This document shows, in pieces, positions 58,318 to 64,000 of a stretch of 64,000 bases of DNA (position 1 is its first letter; each line of letters begins with the position of its first letter). Both the position numbers and the translations under genes were made by a program. A model generated the notes under the pieces. The model did not search any database. It was not told where the DNA came from and worked only from the letters and a program-made list of their open reading frames with translations. The stretch is from Ignavibacteriota bacterium. Lineage in GTDB: Bacteria > Bacteroidota > Ignavibacteria > UBA10030. The stretch lies in contig CAVSHO010000009.1 in assembly GCA_963727825.1 (NCBI GenBank), positions 768,001 to 832,000 on the forward strand. The letters run 5' to 3'.

Positions 58318-60237
58318 TTAATTTCTGAGGTACACCATCAAAACAGAAATATCTGCTGGCGTAACGCCGCTAATTCTGGAGGCTTGCCCGATGGAAAAGG
58401 GTTGAACCTTGACTAGTTTCTCTCTTCCCTCTGTCGACAGTGACTTCACTTTGTGATAATCTATTTCTTGTGGTATTTGAAGGGAGTCGAACCTGTTAAA
58501 TTTTTCAACTTCTTCTTTCTGCCGTTTAATATATCCATCGTACTTTAATTCTATTTCGATCTGTTCAATCACTTCGTTGAATAACCGGTCGTCACAGGAA
58601 GACAGAAGGTGCGAAAAAAATGTTGTTGAATTTATGAATTCACATTTCAAAAAATTTTGAAAACTAATATTTGAGCGTTTTAAGAGTTTCGCTAACTTTT
58701 CATTTTCTTGAATAGTTCCAGCATTCGCCTCTTTTAACAACGGATTTGCATCTTTCGGTGTCACAGAAAGCTGATTAGAGAATATAACCCCTTCGTTTAT
58801 CAGTTTCTCCTTTTTACGCAATCGAAATAGCATTTCACCCGGAATCAATCCAAGTTTGTGCCCAAACTCCATCAACCGTCGATCTGCGTTATCTTGGCGA
58901 AGTATAAGTCGATGTTCTGCGCGTGAAGTGAACATTCTATATGGTTCTTCAATGTCTCTATTTACCAAATCATCAATCAAAACTCCAATATATGACTCAG
59001 ATCTTTTAAGAATAATCGGATCCTCGTTTCTAATGTACTTTACGGCATTAATTCCAGCCAACAATCCTTGCGCAGCTGCCTCTTCATATCCTGATGTTCC
59101 GTTAATCTGTCCAGCAAAAAACATTCCGCTAACAATTTTTGTTTCTAAAGAAAGTTTTAGTTGGTGCGGTGGAAAATAATCATATTCTACGGCATAGCCG
59201 GGTCGTAACATTTTTACATTATGCAACCCTGGAATTGTGTGTAGTCCTTCAACTTGAACATCTGCGGGTAAGCTTGTTGAATATCCGTTAACATACACAA
59301 CATTTGTATTATAGCCCTCTGGCTCAAGAAAAATGTGGTGGCGGTCTCTATCTGAAAAACGATTTATTTTGTCTTCAATAGACGGGCAATAACGGGGGCC
59401 TATGCCTTTAATTCTACCTGTGAAGAGCGGTGATCTATCAAACCCTTTCCGAAGAACTTTATGAGTTTCTGTGTTTGTATAGGTTAGGAACATTGGAATA
59501 AGTCTATTAGAAATTTTTAAATTTTGAAATGAGAATGGTTGAGGATTTATATCGGATGGCTGTTCTTCAGTCTCAGAAAAATCTATACTATTCTTATCAA
59601 TTCGTGGTGGTGTTCCAGTTTTAAGTCTTCCATGGACAAATCCGTGCTTTTCTAAACTATCTGTCAGACCTTCAGCACAAGGCTCATCATATCTTCCCCC
59701 TACAATGCTTTGTGTCCCAGTGTGCATAAGTCCCCTTAGAAATGTGCCCGCGCACAAAACAAATGCTTTACATCTAATTTTGGTTCCGTCTTTAAGAACA
59801 ATTCCTTTAATTGCAGAAATGTTCTTTGAATTTTGCTCTTCAATGTCAATATCCCATACTATTCCTTCAAGCATTTGAATATCAGATCGTTTCGTAATAC
59901 GAAGCTGAGCTTCTCGCGAGTATCCCTCACGATCGTTTTGGGAACGTGGTGACCAAACCGCGGGCCCCTTCGAAAGGTTAAGCATACGAAAATGAATCCC
60001 TGTTGCATCCGCAATTTTCGCCATCTCTCCACCAAGAGCATCAATTTCTCGAACAATGTGTCCTTTTGCAGTTCCGCCAATCGCTGGATTACAAGACATT
60101 CTACCAATTGCGCCTTTATCCATAGTGACCATTAGAACACTACAGCCCATCCTTGCGGCAGCTAAACTTGCCTCTATTCCAGCATGTCCTCCACCAGCTA
60201 TAATAACATCGTATTCTGTGCAACTCAATTCCATCAC
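58318..60237 (-). CDS. mnmG: tRNA uridine-5-carboxymethylaminomethyl modification enzyme
   Basis: [26 protein letters not shown] and [13 protein letters not shown] motifs. Confidence 0.98.
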   Translation of the reverse strand: MMELSCTEYDVIIAGGGHAGIEASLAAARMGCSVLMVTMDKGAIGRMSCNPAIGGTAKGHIVREIDALGGEMAKIADATGIHFRMLNLSKGPAVWSPRSQNDREGYSREAQLRITKRSDIQMLEGIVWDIDIEEQNSKNISAIKGIVLKDGTKIRCKAFVLCAGTFLRGLMHTGTQSIVGGRYDEPCAEGLTDSLEKHGFVHGRLKTGTPPRIDKNSIDFSETEEQPSDINPQPFSFQNLKISNRLIPMFLTYTNTETHKVLRKGFDRSPLFTGRIKGIGPRYCPSIEDKINRFSDRDRHHIFLEPEGYNTNVVYVNGYSTSLPADVQVEGLHTIPGLHNVKMLRPGYAVEYDYFPPHQLKLSLETKIVSGMFFAGQINGTSGYEEAAAQGLLAGINAVKYIRNEDPIILKRSESYIGVLIDDLVNRDIEEPYRMFTSRAEHRLILRQDNADRRLMEFGHKLGLIPGEMLFRLRKKEKLINEGVIFSNQLSVTPKDANPLLKEANAGTIQENEKLAKLLKRSNISFQNFLKCEFINSTTFFSHLLSSCDDRLFNEVIEQIEIELKYDGYIKRQKEEVEKFNRFDSLQIPQEIDYHKVKSLSTEGREKLVKVQPFSIGQASRISGVTPADISVLMVYLRN

Positions 60238-60254
60238 ATCTTATGCTCCATACA

Positions 60255-60270
60255 CGTTTCACGTGAAACT
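60255..60270. promoter_or_regulatory. parS site
   Basis: CGTTTCACGTGAAACT with perfect 14-bp palindromic core, in the mnmE-mnmG spacer. Confidence 0.8.
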
Positions 60271-60275
60271 AAAAA

Positions 60276-61664
60276 CTATTTACCGATGCAAAACTTTGAA
60301 AATATATTGTTCAGAATATCTTCGGTTGTCACTATACCAATAATTTCTCCTAATGAGTCTATCGCGGCTCTTAGATCAACCGCTATAAATTCCTCGCTTT
60401 CTCCTTTTTTTAAGGTATTTAATGCAGAAGTCAGGCTTTGTTTTGTATTCATTAATGCAAAATAATGCCTCACATTCGTAATTATTACAGATTCCTTGCT
60501 TTCCACTTGCGTCTGACCTAAAACCTTTTGGAATAATACATCTTTAAGCCTTTCGATACCCGTGTTATCAATTGCCGAGGTCTCTACCACAAGAATTTCT
60601 TTTAGAATGCCTTCAAACTGCGTTTTTTTAACCTGTAGATCGATTTTATTGTTTGCAACAATAAGTTTTTTGCGTTTTTCTTTCTTTATCGTTTCAAGGA
60701 TGTTTATTTCGTCTTTTGCTATTGCTTTTGAACTATCATGCACTAAAACTATTATATCTGATCTTTGTATGATTTTCCATGTTTTATAAATGCCTTCCTT
60801 TTCGATAACATCTTCAGTTTCTCGAATCCCCGCTGTATCAATCATTCTAAACAACACGCCTTCTATTGTTATTTTCTCTTCGATGAAATCTCGCGTTGTG
60901 CCAGGAACTTCTGTTACAATAGCACGATTTTCTTTGAGCATTACGTTCAACAAACTTGATTTACCGGCATTTGGTACTCCAATCAACGCAACAATAACTC
61001 CTTCGCGCCACACTTTGCCGTATTTATAGGTTCTTAAAAGATGATCTATTTCCAATATTCCAAGTTTAAATAAATTTTCCACTTTCTTTTTATCAATAAG
61101 TGCTATACCTTCTTCCGAAAAATCCAATTCCAATTCTATAATACCAAGCGATTGCAATAACTTTTCTCGAACTATGTGGATTTGTCTTGAAAGGGCGCCT
61201 TCCAATTGGTCTAATGATGTCTGTCGTGCTTTATCTGACTGAGCTTGAATAAGATCGGCAATTGCTTCTGCCTGAGAGAGGTCTAGTTTGCCATTAAGAA
61301 ATGCCCGTTGGGTAAATTCACCTGGCTCTGCCGGGCACACGTCGGTTTCTAATATACATTCTAACACTCGGCGAGTTACATTAATTCCGCCATGACAGCT
61401 AATCTCAACCGTGTTTTCACCCGTGAATGATTTGGGTGCGCGAAAGATCGTACATATAACTTCATCTACAATTTCGCTTCTATTGTTAATTATGCGTCCA
61501 AAATGAACAGTTTGACTTTTTGCTTTTAATAAGCTTACTCTTCCCTTAAATCGACTATCCACTTTATAAATTGCAGATTCGCCGCTGACACGTATTACCG
61601 AAATTGCTCCTTCGCCAATCGGTGTTGCAATTGCGGCTATTGTTTTTGTTAATCTTCCTATCAC
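60276..61664 (-). CDS. mnmE: tRNA modification GTPase
   Basis: TIAAIATP, GVPNAGKSS, GTTRD, DTAG, NKID and C-terminal FCIGK motifs. Confidence 0.98.
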   Translation of the reverse strand: MIGRLTKTIAAIATPIGEGAISVIRVSGESAIYKVDSRFKGRVSLLKAKSQTVHFGRIINNRSEIVDEVICTIFRAPKSFTGENTVEISCHGGINVTRRVLECILETDVCPAEPGEFTQRAFLNGKLDLSQAEAIADLIQAQSDKARQTSLDQLEGALSRQIHIVREKLLQSLGIIELELDFSEEGIALIDKKKVENLFKLGILEIDHLLRTYKYGKVWREGVIVALIGVPNAGKSSLLNVMLKENRAIVTEVPGTTRDFIEEKITIEGVLFRMIDTAGIRETEDVIEKEGIYKTWKIIQRSDIIVLVHDSSKAIAKDEINILETIKKEKRKKLIVANNKIDLQVKKTQFEGILKEILVVETSAIDNTGIERLKDVLFQKVLGQTQVESKESVIITNVRHYFALMNTKQSLTSALNTLKKGESEEFIAVDLRAAIDSLGEIIGIVTTEDILNNIFSKFCIGK

Positions 61665-61724
61665 TTTTTTTATCTCTGAAAGAAATGTACGAAAAGCTAT
61701 ATCCTTTCACAATGCTATAAATAC

Positions 61725-61753
61725 AAAGCGCCTTGCTTTTCACAAGGCGCTTT
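61725..61753 (-). terminator. Hairpin/terminator after yidC
   Basis: AAAGCGCCTTG-7 nt-CAAGGCGCTTT. Confidence 0.65.
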
Positions 61754-61777
61754 AATAAAAATGTTGTTTTGATTTAA

Positions 61778-63559
61778 TTATTTTTTTAGGCGTGGTAGGT
61801 CTTTTGCAAATTTAAATATTCCACCATGCGTTTTCTTTTTCGCCTCTATTTTTCGAAGTGGCTCATTGTCATCCTGCTTGTTAATAAGTATTTGTTGCCC
61901 AATTGCAAGCACATTGAATACGGTATAATATAAATTTAAGCCTGAGGGAAAACCATTAAACAATAATGTCATCATAATCGGCATCATCCATACTGTGGCT
62001 TTTTGGCGTGGATCTTTTGTTGTCATTTTTGTCTGGATAAACATCGTAACACCCATAATCAATGCAATGCCACTGATATCTTGAATGCCAATAATCGGCA
62101 TTTTGAATGGTAATCGATAAATGACATCGGGAATTGAGAGATCTTTTATCCATCCAACAAAACTTGCCTGCCGCAATTCTATTGCTCCGCGAAACACTGC
62201 ATATAGCGCATACATAATTGGCATTTGCGGTAACAGCGGTAAGCATCCACCAGCCGGATTGATGCCGTATTCTTTATATAAATTCATTATAGATTGATTC
62301 ATCTTCTGGGGATCGTCTTTGTATTTTATCTTTAACTCATCCATCAACGGCTGAAGCTTTTGCATTTTCTTCATCGACTTCATTTGACTTTTAGATAGCG
62401 GGTGCAAAGCTAGTTTGATGAGGATAGAAAAAATAATAATCACTAATCCCCAATTAGGTATTATATAATGAATTGCTATGAATATTGGTAACATGATATA
62501 TTCAGAAATAGGACGAATTAACCATGCCCATCCTAAACTCATAATATTTTCTAGCCCTTTATTGTAGGACTTTAATAGACTGTGTTGAAGTGGCCCTAAA
62601 AATATTTTGAATGTGCTTGACTCATTCGCCTCTCCCTTATAAGGCATTTTTAATGAAACATCATATGTCTCTTTTACGCCATTGTCTGGCATTGCAGAGC
62701 GATTGCCTTCTAGGTACGCACCATCACTTATGCTTGTTGTGGGGATAATTGCAACGGCAAAATATTTATTGCGTGAAGCAACCCAATCTGTAGCGCCAGA
62801 AAATTCCTTTTGTACTTTTTGATCAACTTTTGCCGCATCAATGTCTGTGAGTTCGTTTCCGGCATATGCGTATGCTGCTGCGAAACCAGATTCATCAACA
62901 CTATTTTGTTCTGCATAGCGAATGCCATGTTCCCATGCGACTTCGTATTGGTAGTTTGCAATTACCGCGCTTAAATTATGCATCTGTATTTCCGTTTCGA
63001 AACCATATTCTCCATTACGGAATTTCATTTTCTTCACAAGCTGTCCGCCATTGGAAGCGGGAAGAGTAAATGTTATTTCAAATTCAAAGTTTCCTTCTAT
63101 TCTTATATTGTTGTTAGGCGCCTGTACGTCAAAATAGAGATCTTTTGTATTGATAACTCGTCCATCGGATGTTGTTAAAAGTATAGCAAAATCTCCGTTT
63201 TGCATATAATCTACAAGTTGAACTTGGCGTCCATCCCACGCCTTAAAATTTTTAAGTTCCCATTTTTTTATTACTCCTCCCTTTGATGAAACTTCCGCTG
63301 AATATAAATCAGTTTCAATGGAAATAATTTTTTCTGTACCCTTTGCACGGTCGGAGAAATATTTTCCGTAGGGGTTGATTTCTTGTTTTTCTTTCGCTTC
63401 CGGTAGTTTCTCGGTCTTTATTTTAACCGTATCTTTCGATTGCCCTTGTTTTGTTGTTTGTTCTATCGTTCTCGTTTTCTGCACGGGCGAGTTGAGCCAC
63501 ATCCACACAACGAGCACAACGAAAATTAACACAAAACCAATCGTTGATTGTCGATCCAT
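61778..63559 (-). CDS. yidC: Membrane protein insertase
   Basis: NWGLVII, NPAGGCLP, WIKDLS and PSGLNLYY motifs. Confidence 0.97.
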   Translation of the reverse strand: MDRQSTIGFVLIFVVLVVWMWLNSPVQKTRTIEQTTKQGQSKDTVKIKTEKLPEAKEKQEINPYGKYFSDRAKGTEKIISIETDLYSAEVSSKGGVIKKWELKNFKAWDGRQVQLVDYMQNGDFAILLTTSDGRVINTKDLYFDVQAPNNNIRIEGNFEFEITFTLPASNGGQLVKKMKFRNGEYGFETEIQMHNLSAVIANYQYEVAWEHGIRYAEQNSVDESGFAAAYAYAGNELTDIDAAKVDQKVQKEFSGATDWVASRNKYFAVAIIPTTSISDGAYLEGNRSAMPDNGVKETYDVSLKMPYKGEANESSTFKIFLGPLQHSLLKSYNKGLENIMSLGWAWLIRPISEYIMLPIFIAIHYIIPNWGLVIIIFSILIKLALHPLSKSQMKSMKKMQKLQPLMDELKIKYKDDPQKMNQSIMNLYKEYGINPAGGCLPLLPQMPIMYALYAVFRGAIELRQASFVGWIKDLSIPDVIYRLPFKMPIIGIQDISGIALIMGVTMFIQTKMTTKDPRQKATVWMMPIMMTLLFNGFPSGLNLYYTVFNVLAIGQQILINKQDDNEPLRKIEAKKKTHGGIFKFAKDLPRLKK

Positions 63560-63592
63560 AAGAGTTTTTACCTCAGATTTACTTGTGAATAA

Positions 63593-63808
63593 TTAAGGAA
63601 CCGGGTCGTACCCACTTGATGCGCTAAGAGGATGACATCTTACAATTCTTTTAATAGCAAGCCAAAATCCACTAATAATACCATGCCTTTCAATCGCTTC
63701 AATAGAATAATGCGAGCATGAAGGATAAAAACGACAATTATTAAACGGCAGGAGCGCCGAAACGAAGCGTTGGTACATTCGAATTATTAAAATAAGTGTG
63801 TGCTTCAT
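63593..63808 (-). CDS. yidD: Membrane protein insertion efficiency factor
   Basis: CRFYPSCS.Y...RCHP...GYDPVP; ATG 63808. Confidence 0.95.
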   Translation of the reverse strand: MKHTLILIIRMYQRFVSALLPFNNCRFYPSCSHYSIEAIERHGIISGFWLAIKRIVRCHPLSASSGYDPVP

Positions 63809-63812
63809 ATCT

Positions 63813-64000
63813 TTATTTGGGATGAATAATATTAATTGTTGAAGAGAGTTCCACAAAGGCTTTTTTTATAGATTCAAAACGACCCTTTTTCTTTTGGCTT
63901 CCGATATTATCGATATATAGAAATACAATCTCTTGTAAATTTCTATGTTTGATATTTGCTATAAAATCTTCTTTCTTACTGCGAAACGCTTCTCTCATTA
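63813..64000 (-). CDS. rnpA: Ribonuclease P protein component, 3' part
   Basis: MREAFR (end of the RNR motif helix) and position upstream of yidD-yidC; 5' end lies outside the window. Confidence 0.7.
   Translation of the reverse strand, partial: MREAFRSKKEDFIANIKHRNLQEIVFLYIDNIGSQKKKGRFESIKKAFVELSSTINIIHPK

Noticed and set aside
1-64000. Many 60-175 aa antisense or overlapping ORFs in the track, and extended N-termini of fni, the PpiD-like gene, miaB, SPOR, yidD and aroK
   Set aside because: They are shadows of well-supported genes; downstream ATGs fit promoters, SD sites and family N-termini better.
1-64000. tRNA, rRNA, tmRNA, SRP RNA, RNase P RNA, transposases, CRP boxes, sigma54 promoters
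   Set aside because: No convincing signature found in the intergenic regions by eye; a covariance or motif search could still find weak cases.

Overview
A mostly housekeeping window from a diderm bacterium of the FCB group, most likely Ignavibacteria/Chlorobi-like. This is inferred from PorZ/PorV type IX secretion genes, the miaB-sigma54 activator-lptE block, and E. coli-like TTGNNN-17-TATATT promoters rather than Bacteroidia-type promoters. It is probably close to the replication origin: the right end holds rnpA(partial)-yidD-yidC-mnmE-mnmG-rsmG with two parS sites, and most genes point away from that end. Core content: rsmE, a BamA/TamA-family gene, gcvP (one-base frameshift), rnc, the yceD-rpmF-plsX-fabHDG-acpP-fabF cluster, porZ, ribH, a Crp regulator, pgi/pmi, ptsI/ptsH, GGPP synthase, fni, an LpxH-like gene, PBP1A, aroKB, a PpiD/SurA-like chaperone, secDF, rpsT, lptE, miaB, pta, porV, dnaX, lon and murQ. 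The main accessory feature is at about 0.5-3.9 kb: six small co-oriented ORFs separated by degenerate attC-like sites, with no integrase in the window (CALIN-like array). One attC carries a nested palindromic insertion. Other signals: an A9 slippage site at the tau/gamma junction of dnaX, a structured leader RNA with promoter and terminator before porV, a terminator-like hairpin in the lon leader, and a heptamer-repeat palindrome forming the LptE signal peptide. No tRNA, rRNA, CRISPR array or transposase was recognised. All calls come from reading the sequence by eye; no database searches or folding programs were run.
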